This document shows positions 1 through 10,021 of a stretch of 64,000 nt of DNA, piece by piece (the stretch's first letter is position 1; each line of letters opens with the position of its first letter). The translations under genes were made by a program, and so were the position numbers. The notes beneath the pieces are model-generated. The model was not told the DNA's origin and did no database searches. It saw only the letters and a program-made list of their open reading frames with translations. This stretch comes from an uncultured delta proteobacterium (GTDB lineage: Bacteria; Desulfobacterota; Binatia; UBA9968), in assembly GCA_963737905.1 (NCBI GenBank), contig CAVTUQ010000002.1, positions 448,001 through 512,000 on the forward strand. Reading direction: 5' to 3'.

Positions 1-576
1 GGCGGAAAGGTCAATGACATTCCAGCCATCGACATGGCCGAGTTGGCAATTACACTTGGAGCCACTTACGTCGCCCGTAGCTTTTCCGGCGATCGCAAAC
101 AGCTCACCCCTTTGATCCAAGGTGCCCTCGCTCATCAGGGGAGCGCCATCCTCGACGTTATTAGCCCCTGTGTGACCTTCAACAACCATGAAGGATCCAC
201 CAAGAGCCTCAAGTATGCTAAAGGCCACCTCGACCCGATCCATGACATCGATTTCATTCCGCCCTACGAAAATATCGAAGCCGATTATGATGAAGGAACG
301 GATCACGCGGTGGAATTGCACGACGGCTCGCACATCATTTTGCACAAGCTAAGTAAAGACTACGATCCCACCAATAAGATGCAAGCGATCTCAGCGATCC
401 ACGCGGCCATCGCCGAAGGTAAGTTCTTGACGGGCCTGATTTACTATAACCCGAATCGCAAGGAGTTTGCCGAAGAATTGAATCTCTGCGACATACCGTT
501 ATCTGAATTGACCCAGGATGATCTTCAGCCACCACTAGAAGCGCTGGAGAGAATCAACGCCGAAATGATGAAGTAA
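1..576 (+). CDS. 2-oxoacid:ferredoxin oxidoreductase beta subunit, C-terminal part (5' truncated by window)
   Basis: Open frame from base 1 (GGKVNDIPAIDMAELA...); motifs GATYVARSFSGD and DVISPCVTFNN typical of OFOR beta subunits. Confidence 0.85.
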   Translation, partial: GGKVNDIPAIDMAELAITLGATYVARSFSGDRKQLTPLIQGALAHQGSAILDVISPCVTFNNHEGSTKSLKYAKGHLDPIHDIDFIPPYENIEADYDEGTDHAVELHDGSHIILHKLSKDYDPTNKMQAISAIHAAIAEGKFLTGLIYYNPNRKEFAEELNLCDIPLSELTQDDLQPPLEALERINAEMMK

Positions 577-661
577 AATACAGGCTCTTAAACGCAAAAG
601 GCCTGGTAGAATTCCTAGCAGGCCTTTCGATTGACGCCTTGAGCAGCTTGTCGAACCGTAA

Positions 662-1309
662 TTATAACCCCACCGCCTGTTTCTCCAGCCCTTTCCACGT
701 CTCGATGATCTCGCTGGAAGACGCCACCAAGCCAAAGTGACGTCGCATGTTCTCCAAGGTGCCCAAGTGTAGCTTCGCTTCGTAGGCAGCGGAACAATCA
801 TCGATCATGGTCACGTAATAATCATAGATATAAGCGTCGCGCGCCGTGGTTTCGACACAAACATTGGTCGCGACCCCGCACACGAGAACGCTCTGAATGT
901 TGCGTGCCTTGAGCACCGTGTTTAGGTCCGTGTTGATAAAGGCACTGTAGCGATGTTTGATTACCACTCTCTCAGTCGGTAACGGTGCAATGCCGTCATA
1001 GAGCTCCGCGCCCCAGGTTCCTTCTCGGCAAGTGTTCAAGCCGCTCTTTTGTGAGTTCCGATAGATCCAAGAAGGCGTGTCGGTCCATTCGCTGTGCGTC
1101 GTCCTAATGTAAACAACAGTCAGGCCAACGCGCCGCGCTTCATTGATGAGCCGCAGAAGGTTCGGCACCATCGCTAACGCCGCGCTCACATCCTCACCTC
1201 GCTTTCCGGCACTGCCCTCCGGACTGACGAAATCGTTCTGTACGTCGACGACAATTAGTGCCGCGTATTTCGGATCACAGCGCTCTTTGAGGGTTCGCAA
1301 AACGTCCAT
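662..1309 (-). CDS. Isochorismatase-family cysteine hydrolase
   Basis: VVDVQNDF, KHRYSAF and GVATNVCVETT catalytic D-K-C motifs; start moved to MDVL because the longer ORF runs through a repeat hairpin. Confidence 0.9.
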   Translation of the reverse strand: MDVLRTLKERCDPKYAALIVVDVQNDFVSPEGSAGKRGEDVSAALAMVPNLLRLINEARRVGLTVVYIRTTHSEWTDTPSWIYRNSQKSGLNTCREGTWGAELYDGIAPLPTERVVIKHRYSAFINTDLNTVLKARNIQSVLVCGVATNVCVETTARDAYIYDYYVTMIDDCSAAYEAKLHLGTLENMRRHFGLVASSSEIIETWKGLEKQAVGL

Positions 1310-1330
1310 CGCTTTTTCCCTTCCAAAACC

Positions 1331-1385
1331 GAGGATTGAGGATGGAGGGTCGAGGATGGCGATCCTCGATCCTCCATCCTCCATC
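1331..1385. repeat. Heptamer-periodic hairpin (GAGGATN)n/(NATCCTC)n
   Basis: GAGGATT GAGGATG GAGGGTC GAGGATG GC GATCCTC GATCCTC CATCCTC CATC, intergenic inside an operon. Confidence 0.85.
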
Positions 1386-1396
1386 GTCTGTTTCCG

Positions 1397-2386
1397 TTAG
1401 TGGTCGTGTTTTTTTTGCAATCCGCCGTGTCCAAGGGTCATGATATCCGCACGGGTAATTTTCTCTCCCGCTAACAACCTGGGCAACAATATATCGAAGG
1501 CGGTGAATGGATCATGGAGTACGCAACCCGATAACCCCAAGACCGGCGTTTCGTTCAAATAAGCCATGACAAACATCGAGCCAGGCAGAATAGGAAATCC
1601 ATGCGACTCCACTTTTGCGCCGCTGCGACGGATTCCTTCGGGCGTTTTGTCGTCCGGATCGACGGACATGCCGCCGCTCACTAGAATGATCTCAGCACCT
1701 GCCCCCTGCGCATTCTTAATGAGCTCGGAAATCTGATCCGGATCATCCGTCGCGAGCTGCTTGTCCGCAAGATCGGAGCCCATGTCGGAGACTTTCCTTC
1801 GTACCACGGGTTCGAAACCGTCTTTGATTCGGCCGGAATAAACTTCACTGCCGGTTACGATCAAATGAACCTTCCGCGGCGGCATTGGCAACACTGTCAC
1901 GATCGGGTGATCCTTGCACAGCGCTTCGGCTTGCTGGATCAAAGCCTCTTTCACAACCACCGGGATGGTTCGGGTGCCCGCCACCACGTCGCCTTGCCTC
2001 ACGTAACGGTTCGACGGCAAGGTGGCCATCATTAGATCGCCCAAGGAATTGAAGCGATAGAGAAGATCAGCGTCGACCTTCAGCAAGCCTGATATCTCTG
2101 CTACCAGATTGACCCGACCCTCCACCGGGTCGGTCAATTTGAGATTTGGACCCGCGGCCGCCTTGGCCAATCGACGCGCTGCGTCTTCTTCATGGAGCTC
2201 ATCTTTTTCAAGCTCCATGACATACAGATGTCGTTTCCCCACGTCGAGCAGTTTCGAAATATCTTCGTTCCGCACGATGTGGCCACGCCGAAAGGCGGGA
2301 CCTTTATGCTTGCCGGGCACGATCTCGGTGATATCGTGGGCTAGTGGCATCCCTATGGCTTCTTCTACAGGAATGACTTTCAACAT
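1397..2386 (-). CDS. Molybdopterin-binding protein (MoeA-like/MoCF_biosynth domain)
   Basis: VEEAIGMPLAHDITEIVPG, TGSEVYSGRIKDGF, SGGMSVDPDDKTP and PILPGSM motifs. Confidence 0.85.
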   Translation of the reverse strand: MLKVIPVEEAIGMPLAHDITEIVPGKHKGPAFRRGHIVRNEDISKLLDVGKRHLYVMELEKDELHEEDAARRLAKAAAGPNLKLTDPVEGRVNLVAEISGLLKVDADLLYRFNSLGDLMMATLPSNRYVRQGDVVAGTRTIPVVVKEALIQQAEALCKDHPIVTVLPMPPRKVHLIVTGSEVYSGRIKDGFEPVVRRKVSDMGSDLADKQLATDDPDQISELIKNAQGAGAEIILVSGGMSVDPDDKTPEGIRRSGAKVESHGFPILPGSMFVMAYLNETPVLGLSGCVLHDPFTAFDILLPRLLAGEKITRADIMTLGHGGLQKKHDH

Positions 2387-2506
2387 TACTGCAATCTCCT
2401 TGAAACCCTCTAACAAATACTGCCCAATTTTTCCACCCGGTGACGACCTTGTCCAGCGTCATCCAAGACCTCGAACTAGGTAGGCCGACTGATTTCAGCT
2501 TTCCAA

Positions 2507-3853
2507 TCAATCTCGATGCAGAAGCTCCGATTTGACGGCGGGCTCCGCTTCTTTTTTTTCGACGGTAGTCACGAGCACTTTGTCGATCCGCTTCCCGTCC
2601 ATATCGACGACCTCAAAGCGCAAATCGTTCCATTCAAACGATTCGGCTACGGACGGAACGCGTCCCATCTGTGTAAACACGAAACCGCCCAAAGTCTGGT
2701 AGGCGTCTTTTTTTTCTCCAGGTAAGCTTTCCAGATGAAAGATTTCTCTAAATTCGTCTACGCTGAGCATGCCGTCCAACAGCCACGAGCCATCGTGGCG
2801 CTGCACGGCTTTCGGATCGTTAGGCTTCGCGCCCAAAGGCATGTCGCCGGCAATGGCCTCTAGAATATCATGGTGCGTCAATAAGCCCTCGATGCCTCCA
2901 TATTCGTCAACCGCCAACGCAATATGCTTGCCGGACGTCTTGAAGGATTCCAATAAGGCCAAGACAGAAATCGTCCTGGGAACAAACAGCGGCTGTTGTA
3001 TCAGAGCTTTCAGATCCAACGGCTTTCCCGCTAAACTCATCGCCAATAAATCTTTCGCTTGCACTATGCCGGTGACATTGTCGAGAGTTTCGGTTGCTAC
3101 TGGAAACCGGGAATGACCGCTTTGAATGATTTTCTCGCGAATCTGCTCCATGGTGTCTCCAAGATCGATCCACGCAATCTTTGTTCTTGGCGTTATGAGC
3201 GACCGGGCGGTTTTATCGCCCAGACGAAGCACGGCTTCCATCATGTCTTGCTCCGATTCTTCGAATACACCCGCCTCAGTGCCTTGTTGAACCAAAGTTT
3301 TGATCTCTTCCTCCGTAACCGACGCTTCTTGAGCCTGCTGTTTCCCAAAGAGGTAACACACCGCGTCAGTGGAAATACTCAGGATATGAACCATCGGGGA
3401 GAATATCTTCGAGAGCCAGCGGAGGGGAAACGCGACGACGGTCGCGACTCTCTCGGGATAGCGCGCAGCGAGACGCTTGGGAATCAATTGACCCACGACG
3501 AGCAAAAAGTAGGTGATGCCAAGGACAACCAACGCCAAGGCTATGGCCCGGCTATAGGGTTCAACGACGGGAAAAAAGGCGATCAACGCCGCCAGGTGGT
3601 CCGCAAGAGCTCTTCCCCCCAATGCGCCCACCGAGATAACGATCAAGGTGATGCCTATTTGTACCGCCAATAAGAAACGGTTGGGTGTGTTGGCAAGTTC
3701 CAAAGCTGCTTTTGCCCTCGTATTGCCCTTGCCCGCCCAGTCCTGAAGCCTTGACTTTCGCGCTGTAACCACGGCCATTTCGGACAGGGCGAACACACCG
3801 TTAGCCAAAATAAGCAACGCAATTGTGAGCACATCTATCCCGATTTCCGACAT
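2507..3853 (-). CDS. HlyC/CorC hemolysin-family protein (CNNM + CBS pair + CorC_HlyC)
   Basis: NGVFALSEMA, VQIGIT, HSRFPV, VDEYGGIEGL and YQTLGGF motifs. Confidence 0.92.
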   Translation of the reverse strand: MSEIGIDVLTIALLILANGVFALSEMAVVTARKSRLQDWAGKGNTRAKAALELANTPNRFLLAVQIGITLIVISVGALGGRALADHLAALIAFFPVVEPYSRAIALALVVLGITYFLLVVGQLIPKRLAARYPERVATVVAFPLRWLSKIFSPMVHILSISTDAVCYLFGKQQAQEASVTEEEIKTLVQQGTEAGVFEESEQDMMEAVLRLGDKTARSLITPRTKIAWIDLGDTMEQIREKIIQSGHSRFPVATETLDNVTGIVQAKDLLAMSLAGKPLDLKALIQQPLFVPRTISVLALLESFKTSGKHIALAVDEYGGIEGLLTHHDILEAIAGDMPLGAKPNDPKAVQRHDGSWLLDGMLSVDEFREIFHLESLPGEKKDAYQTLGGFVFTQMGRVPSVAESFEWNDLRFEVVDMDGKRIDKVLVTTVEKKEAEPAVKSELLHRD

Positions 3854-4030
3854 TCTTACTAACTCCTCTCCCTCCAGCATGGGAAGGGAAACGATGGCGA
3901 TTGAAGGACACAGCCAGGAATGCTTTGAAAACCGATTGTATCGTCGCATATGTGCAATGCAAAAGCGAAAGCCCGGGATTAGTCACATTTCTGCACTGGT
4001 TTGTCAAGAATCTCTTCTTTTTTCACGGGC

Positions 4031-4070
4031 TTGACATAGAACCGCAACAGTCCTATATCGGATTTCGATA
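4031..4070 (+). promoter_or_regulatory. Sigma70-like promoter with overlapping palindromic operator
   Basis: TTGACA-N17-TATATC (4031-4059); TATCG-GATTT-CGATA inverted repeat (4056-4070). Confidence 0.6.
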
Positions 4071-4075
4071 ACGAA

Positions 4076-4207
4076 ATGCAGAAGACTACAGAGAAAGAGA
4101 GCCGAAATCGGGCCACGCCTTTGGGGCGCAAGGTTCTGATAGCCGCTAGAGAGAAGGTTATTGAACTTTTCGGTGAGCTCTTGGAGGATGAGCTGTTGAG
4201 GTCATGA
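4076..4207 (+). pseudogene. Internally deleted PadR-family regulator (C-terminal helix only)
   Basis: 43-aa ORF ending RATPLGRKVLIAAREKVIELFGELLEDE, resembling PadR C-termini; no winged HTH. Confidence 0.5.
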
Positions 4208-4232
4208 GGCCCAGGAGTCAGAGGAGGATAGG

Positions 4233-4792
4233 ATGAAATATCTTTGGGGCATTGTAGCGCTGTCCGTGGTCGTGTTTCTTTTTCTTATTGTGAGACTCCT
4301 TAGCCTCGGCAATGAAATCGGGGCACTGGATCAAGAAACGGCCGTGAATTAGCCGCCATCCAAGATTCTCTCAAGCGCGCGCAAGCCGATCTCGCAAGCG
4401 CAAAGGAAACAGTCCCGGGCTTGGGAGAGTATATGACCACGATCCAACTACACATGGGAAAACTCTGGTTTGCGGCCAAGGCTCACAATTGGGAACTGGC
4501 AGGATACGAGCTTGACGAGCTTAAGGAGACGATGGAAGCGGCGAAGGGCCTCAACGCCGAGAAAAACGGAGTCAAGATATCGGGTGTTCTCGATTCTGTT
4601 CTCCAGACCCAGGTTGCCCAACTGGCCGAATCGATAAAGCGCAAAAAACCGGCGGAATTCCAGAAGTCGTACGATGAAACTTTAAGCGCATGCAACGGAT
4701 GCCACACTGAAGCTGGCTACAAGTTTATCCATATCGTCCGCCCGAATGCTCCGCCTGTCACCAACCAAAGATGGGAGCCGTCAAACAAATAG
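4233..4792 (+). CDS. Membrane-anchored mono-heme c-type cytochrome, helical (frameshift near 4345)
   Basis: RBS GGAGG/AGGA then MKYLWGIVALSVVVFLFL TM segment; second frame LAAIQDSLKRAQADLASAKETVPGLGEYM...CNGCH. Confidence 0.65.
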
Positions 4793-4824
4793 AGAAATAA
4801 CAAACCAAAGGAGATACTCGAAGC

Positions 4825-5202
4825 ATGGCTCGACTACAACCGGCTCAAAACAATCAACTGAAGGCGCTGCAGAAGGAGTTCAAGCGACTGCAAAAAAAAT
4901 TGCAGGCGATCCATAAAAAAACCGGATACGAAGATCTCGCACATGGAGTGCTTGCTCTCGAAATCGCTGAGCACACGGTGGAAGAGACCTTGGAGCACAC
5001 CGGACTCGGCGGCGAGATCGAGCACCGACCGGATTCGAAAGCCTACCGTCAAGCAAAACAGTGGTTGAACACCGTCAAAAAAATAAAAGATCAGGGCAAC
5101 AAATTTCTTAGGGCTCATCCGAGCGAGGATTTGGAAACGGCTTTAAAGGCATTGGAAATCGCCGAGGGTTCGCTCGAAGAGGTCGCCGAACGCTATGAAT
5201 GA
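4825..5202 (+). CDS. Hypothetical helical protein with internal duplication
   Basis: RBS AAGGAG; repeats EDLAHGVLALEIAEHTVEE / EDLETALKALEIAEGSLEE; stop overlaps the chrA start. Confidence 0.7.
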   Translation: MARLQPAQNNQLKALQKEFKRLQKKLQAIHKKTGYEDLAHGVLALEIAEHTVEETLEHTGLGGEIEHRPDSKAYRQAKQWLNTVKKIKDQGNKFLRAHPSEDLETALKALEIAEGSLEEVAERYE

Positions 5203-6427
5203 ACATGTCGAGATTGCCATGGACGAAGTCGTCCCTACCCAGCGGCAGGTTTCACTTCTGGAGATTCTTTGGGTGTCCACAAGATTGGGGCTGACCTCTT
5301 TCGGCGGTCCAATCGCACACCTCGGCTACTTCCACGAGGAATACGTGAAACGGAGAAAGTGGGTCGATGAGCAAAGCTACGCTGATCTCGTCGCCCTATG
5401 CCAATCTCTGCCTGGCCCGACGAGCAGCATGGTGGGGAGCGCAATAGGATTTGCCCGCGCCGGTTTGCTCGGAGGCTTCGTGCACTGGCTTGGTTTCACC
5501 TTACCATCGGCGCTTGCGTTGATCGCCTTTGCGTACGGAATCGAAGTCGTTGGCACTGCAGACGACGCCGGCTGGTTGCACGGGTTGAAACTAGTCGCCG
5601 TGCCGGTCGTTGCTCTGGCGCTCTGGGGGATGGCGCGTACACTTTGTCCCGATCGCGAGCGCGCAACCCTCGCAATTCTCACCGCGATCGTCGCGTTAGC
5701 ATGGCCAACTGCCGTTGGGCAGGTTCTTCCAATTGCTGCCGCTGGCCTCATCGGCTGGTGGTTTTTCCCGCCGGCAAACATACCTTCGGCGCTTCACATT
5801 CGGGTGCCGATTAGCCGTCAGACCGGGATAGTTTGCTGGATAATTTTCTTTGGCCTTCTGCTCGTCCTCCCCTTGTTACGTCAAGTGGTTGCCAATCAAA
5901 CGTTAGCGGTCTTCGATAGTTTCTTCCGCGCGGGTGCTCTTGTTTTCGGTGGCGGCCACGTTGTCCTGCCCTTATTACAGGCCGGAGTTGTGGTCCCGCG
6001 ATGGGTAACAAACGATCAGTTCGTTGCCGGCTACGGCGCTGCGCAAGCGGTTCCCGGTCCGCTATTCACGTTCTCCGCCTATCTCGGATTTGTTATGCAG
6101 CCAGAGCCTAATGGCCTGAGTGGAGCGGCTCTGGCGCTCGTTGCGATTTTCCTCCCAGGTATCCTGATGACTGCTGGTTCGTTGCCATTCTGGGACTTGC
6201 TCCGCACACGGGCTAGTTTTCAATCTGCGATCCGCGGCATCAACGCAGCTGTGGTAGGTCTTCTGCTTGCGGCTTTTTACAATCCTGTTTGGACGAGCGC
6301 GATTTCTAAACCGCTGGATTTCGGGCTTGGCTTGTTCGCATTCGGATTGTTGGCTTTTTGGAAGCTGCCGCCCTGGCTGGTCGTTGCGCTGACTGCTCTG
6401 GGAGGAGAAGTGATAGCTCGGATTTAA
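5195..6427 (+). CDS. chrA: Long-chain chromate efflux transporter
   Basis: LGLTSFGGPIAHLGYF, LPGPTSS, FGGGHVVLPLL and AQAVPGPLFTF CHR signatures in two domains. Confidence 0.93.
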   Translation: MNEHVEIAMDEVVPTQRQVSLLEILWVSTRLGLTSFGGPIAHLGYFHEEYVKRRKWVDEQSYADLVALCQSLPGPTSSMVGSAIGFARAGLLGGFVHWLGFTLPSALALIAFAYGIEVVGTADDAGWLHGLKLVAVPVVALALWGMARTLCPDRERATLAILTAIVALAWPTAVGQVLPIAAAGLIGWWFFPPANIPSALHIRVPISRQTGIVCWIIFFGLLLVLPLLRQVVANQTLAVFDSFFRAGALVFGGGHVVLPLLQAGVVVPRWVTNDQFVAGYGAAQAVPGPLFTFSAYLGFVMQPEPNGLSGAALALVAIFLPGILMTAGSLPFWDLLRTRASFQSAIRGINAAVVGLLLAAFYNPVWTSAISKPLDFGLGLFAFGLLAFWKLPPWLVVALTALGGEVIARI

Positions 6428-6538
6428 GAGACTCTGTACGACAAGGCCGCATCAGGCTCGATTCGTGAGCAGCCTTTCGAAAGAAGGGTAATCGGCAGGG
6501 TTGTCGCAAGCGTTTCAAAAACATTAAGGAGGAGATTT

Positions 6539-6964
6539 ATGAACCAAGATAGTCTAGTCAACAATCTTAGCTTTCGCGTGCACCACACGATGCTGCCGGT
6601 GGCTGATCTCGACCGATCCATTGGGTTCTACACGCGCCTGCTCGGCATGAAACTGAAAGAGCGCCACGCCAGCGAAGCGCGGAAGGTGGAAGTCGGTTTG
6701 ATCGGATATGGCGACGAAGCGAGCACGCCGTTCCTGGAATTGATCAAAGACACGAGGGAGAACGCGCCGCAGGTGACACCGGCCAACATTCACATCGGGA
6801 TCGACACCAGCAACCTGCGTCAGCTCTGCACCATCCTTGAAAAGCAAGGCGTAACGTTCATTCGTCCATTCAAACAGCGCTCCGACGGCATGGGGTTTAG
6901 CGCCTGGATCCGTGATCCCGACGGCCACGAGCTTGAGCTCGCCGAACGGCATCCAAGCGTGTAA
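6539..6964 (+). CDS. VOC/glyoxalase family protein (lactoylglutathione lyase-like)
   Basis: HHTMLPVADLDRSIGFY...DPDGHELEL; RBS AGGAGG. Confidence 0.85.
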   Translation: MNQDSLVNNLSFRVHHTMLPVADLDRSIGFYTRLLGMKLKERHASEARKVEVGLIGYGDEASTPFLELIKDTRENAPQVTPANIHIGIDTSNLRQLCTILEKQGVTFIRPFKQRSDGMGFSAWIRDPDGHELELAERHPSV

Positions 6965-7056
6965 TCGCGTAGCCGTTATCGGTTGGCAGCGGGGCATTGT
7001 GTCCCGCAGAGTTCGCGCTAGACTTTTTTGGATAGTTGGTCACAGAAGGTGACTTC

Positions 7057-8466
7057 ATGAACCGTAGAGAATTTCTACAGCTGACGGGTGTGTCCGCATT
7101 GTCCGGCCTGTCTTTCCTTTCCGGCTGCGCGGCTTTGGTCGACCGTACCGTTGGGTCTTCGACTTCGGCTGCCAACCAGGTTGACGACGCCGCACGCTTT
7201 TCCCTGCGGATCGCGCCGGTCAAACTCGATCTTTCGCCTAAGCAAACAATCCAGACGATCGGCTACAACGGTAGTGCGCCCGGGCCTTTGCTGCGCGTAA
7301 AAGAAGGTCAGCAGGTCATTGTCGACGTAAAAAACGACACCGACGTTCCCGAGCTGGTGCATTGGCATGGACTTTACGTGCCTTCGGAAGTGGACGGCGC
7401 GATGGAAGAAGGCACGCCGATGGTTCCCGCTGGAGGATCGCGCCAATATGCTTTCACCGCGCAGCCGAGTGGAACCCGCTGGTATCACACCCATGCCTTC
7501 GCCGGCAAAGATCTGCGCCGTAGCCTGTACTCCGGACAATTTGGTTTTTTCTACATCGAGCCTAAAAACATTCCAGGCAATTACGATCAAGAAGTTTTTC
7601 TCGCGGCCCATCAGTGGGAGCCGGAATTCGTCAGCATGCAGGACATAAGAAAAGGACCGCCACCGGACAACGGCCTGGAAGTCATGTATCGCGCCGCCTC
7701 CATCAATGACAAAGCCCTCGGTCATGGCGAGCCGATCCGGGTAAAAACCGGCGCCCGCGTTCTATTTCATCTGCTCAATGCCAGCGCCACCGATGATGTT
7801 CACCTGGCCCTGCCTGGCCATGATTTTCGAGTCATTACGCTCGACGGCAACTCCGTCCCAAATCCTCGCACCGTTCCTGTCCTGACCCTCGCTCCCGCTG
7901 AAAGAATCGACGCCATCGTCGAGATGAAACAACCCGGAGTGTGGATTTTAGGCGCGGTTGAAGACAGCATGCGGGAAATGGGCATGGGCGTGGTCATCGA
8001 ATACGCAGGACAGAGCGGCGCGCCACAGTGGTCAAAACCGCAATCGAGCGCTTGGGACTATACCGACTTCGGCACCAACAACGCGCATGCAGAACCGGAT
8101 CAGCGCATCAATCTGGTCTTTGAAAAAATCCTCGGCGGCCACGGCGGGTTTAATCGCTGGACCATCAACGGAAAATCCTGGCCGGATGTTGATCCACTGA
8201 TAGTAAAGGAGGGGCAACGCTACCGAATCACGTTGGACAATCGGAGCGGCGACGATCATCCCGTCCACTTCCACCGCCATACTTTTGAGTTGACTCGGAT
8301 CGGCGGAAAGACGACGGCAGGGATTCTTAAAGACACGGTCAATGTGCCGCGTCGCCAAAGCGTCGAAATCGATTTCGTCACCGATGATCCCGGCCTCACC
8401 TTGTATCATTGCCACATGCAGCTTCACATGGATTTCGGCTTTATGGGGCTGCTGAAGTATGCGTGA
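7057..8466 (+). CDS. Multicopper oxidase with Tat signal
   Basis: MNRREFL twin-arginine; HWHG, WYHTH, HPVHFH and HCHMQLHMDFGFM copper motifs. Confidence 0.93.
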   Translation: MNRREFLQLTGVSALSGLSFLSGCAALVDRTVGSSTSAANQVDDAARFSLRIAPVKLDLSPKQTIQTIGYNGSAPGPLLRVKEGQQVIVDVKNDTDVPELVHWHGLYVPSEVDGAMEEGTPMVPAGGSRQYAFTAQPSGTRWYHTHAFAGKDLRRSLYSGQFGFFYIEPKNIPGNYDQEVFLAAHQWEPEFVSMQDIRKGPPPDNGLEVMYRAASINDKALGHGEPIRVKTGARVLFHLLNASATDDVHLALPGHDFRVITLDGNSVPNPRTVPVLTLAPAERIDAIVEMKQPGVWILGAVEDSMREMGMGVVIEYAGQSGAPQWSKPQSSAWDYTDFGTNNAHAEPDQRINLVFEKILGGHGGFNRWTINGKSWPDVDPLIVKEGQRYRITLDNRSGDDHPVHFHRHTFELTRIGGKTTAGILKDTVNVPRRQSVEIDFVTDDPGLTLYHCHMQLHMDFGFMGLLKYA

Positions 8467-8503
8467 AGGACGAGTACCTAACTGGCAACCAAACAAAAAC
8501 TTT

Positions 8504-9301
8504 ATGGCTAAAGGGCTGCTGCTTTCTCTAATCTCATGGATGATATTGGCGCAGCGCGCATGGGCCGGCCCGCCGTTTACCACCGATGATCCCGAACCGG
8601 TCGAATATCGCCATTGGGAAATCTACGTCGCTTCACAACTCGAACACGACAAAGACGGCTGGTCAGGCACCTCGCCTCACTTCGAGGTGAACTACGGAGC
8701 GATTACAAACTTACAACTCCATCTGATCGCCCCTGTCTCGTTTACAGCGCCGTCTCATGAAGCCACACGCGTTGGCTATGGCGACACAGAGCTTGGAGTA
8801 AAGTATCGTTTCTTCGAAGAGACGGACCATCTTCCACAGGTTGGTGTTTTTCCGCTAATCGAACTCCCCACCGGCAGCAGGGAGCGCGGATTAGGCAGTG
8901 GACATACGCAGGCCTTTCTTCCGCTATGGTTGCAGAAGAGTTTTGGTCCGTGGACCACCTACGGCGGAGGCGGCTATTGGATCAATCCGGGAAAAGGCAA
9001 CCGCGACTGGTGGTTTACCGGCTGGCTTTTGCAGCGCGAAATAACGCCGGCCCTCACCCTGGGCGCGGAAATATTTCACGAGACGCCAAGCGAAAAAGCC
9101 GGTGATTCCGATATGAGGCTCAACTTTGGCGGGTTCTATAATTTCAGCGACACGTATCATCTCTTGTTCTCTGCTGGCCACACGATTCAAGGCCCGAGCA
9201 CGTTTCAAAGTTATCTAGCCTTCCAAATAACGTTCAGTGCGGAGAAAGAATTAGCCAAAAAAGGAGGAATAGACAATGAACTTAGTGCGTCAGACAATTA
9301 G
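8504..9301 (+). CDS. Putative outer-membrane beta-barrel / transporter protein
   Basis: Signal peptide ending AWA-GPPFTTDDPEP; GYGDTELGVKYRF and LPTG motifs; alternating aromatic strands. Confidence 0.65.
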   Translation: MAKGLLLSLISWMILAQRAWAGPPFTTDDPEPVEYRHWEIYVASQLEHDKDGWSGTSPHFEVNYGAITNLQLHLIAPVSFTAPSHEATRVGYGDTELGVKYRFFEETDHLPQVGVFPLIELPTGSRERGLGSGHTQAFLPLWLQKSFGPWTTYGGGGYWINPGKGNRDWWFTGWLLQREITPALTLGAEIFHETPSEKAGDSDMRLNFGGFYNFSDTYHLLFSAGHTIQGPSTFQSYLAFQITFSAEKELAKKGGIDNELSASDN

Positions 9302-9496
9302 GGCTTTACAAAAGCTATCTGGCTGGAAATCTCTATGTCAACGTGTATAGTGCTGCGCATAAGGGTGGCGAGATACGAGCGCAGCTGAGTCCCAAGTAAG
9401 TCCTTTAGTGTTTTTCTATTATGCCAGGCGTCTTGACTCCCTTTTCTTCCTCTGTTTTAGATCTAGAGAGGTCAGTTAGCTAGGGAGGGATGCGCA

Positions 9497-9916
9497 ATGG
9501 CCGCATGCTTTCGCTACATTGTTAATGATGTGAATACCGCGATCGATTTCTATACGAAACAGTTGGGATTCAATCTGGAGATGCATCCGGCCCCTCCCTT
9601 CGCCGAGATCTCCCGAGGGGATATGCACATTTATCTGACGCAGCCTTTCCGCGCGGGGGGCGGTGCACCCATGCCTTCTGGCGAACAGCAAAAGCCCGGC
9701 GGCTGGAATCGCATTCATCTCATCGTCGAAGATTTGGACGCCACCATCGTGAAGCTCAAAGAAGCCGGCTGCCACTTCCGCAACGAGGTGGTCCAAGGCG
9801 TCGGCGGTAAGCAAATTCTTCTGGAAGACCCTTCTGGCAATCTCGTTGAGCTCTTCCAACCAAACACACCGGAATACCGCGCGCCGGGCTCAGGCAATAA
9901 AGCCGAAAGTCGCTGA
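9497..9916 (+). CDS. VOC family protein
   Basis: RYIVNDVNTAIDFY, PGGWNRIHLIVEDL, EDPSGNLVELFQP. Confidence 0.88.
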   Translation: MAACFRYIVNDVNTAIDFYTKQLGFNLEMHPAPPFAEISRGDMHIYLTQPFRAGGGAPMPSGEQQKPGGWNRIHLIVEDLDATIVKLKEAGCHFRNEVVQGVGGKQILLEDPSGNLVELFQPNTPEYRAPGSGNKAESR

Positions 9917-10021
9917 GTCGCGCTCGGCTCAAAAACTCTCGGATTCATTCTCTGCGAAGTTCTCGAACGCTCGTCTAGCGAGCCGGGGACTCAAATCCAA
10001 AACACCTCCAGTGCCCCTGGC

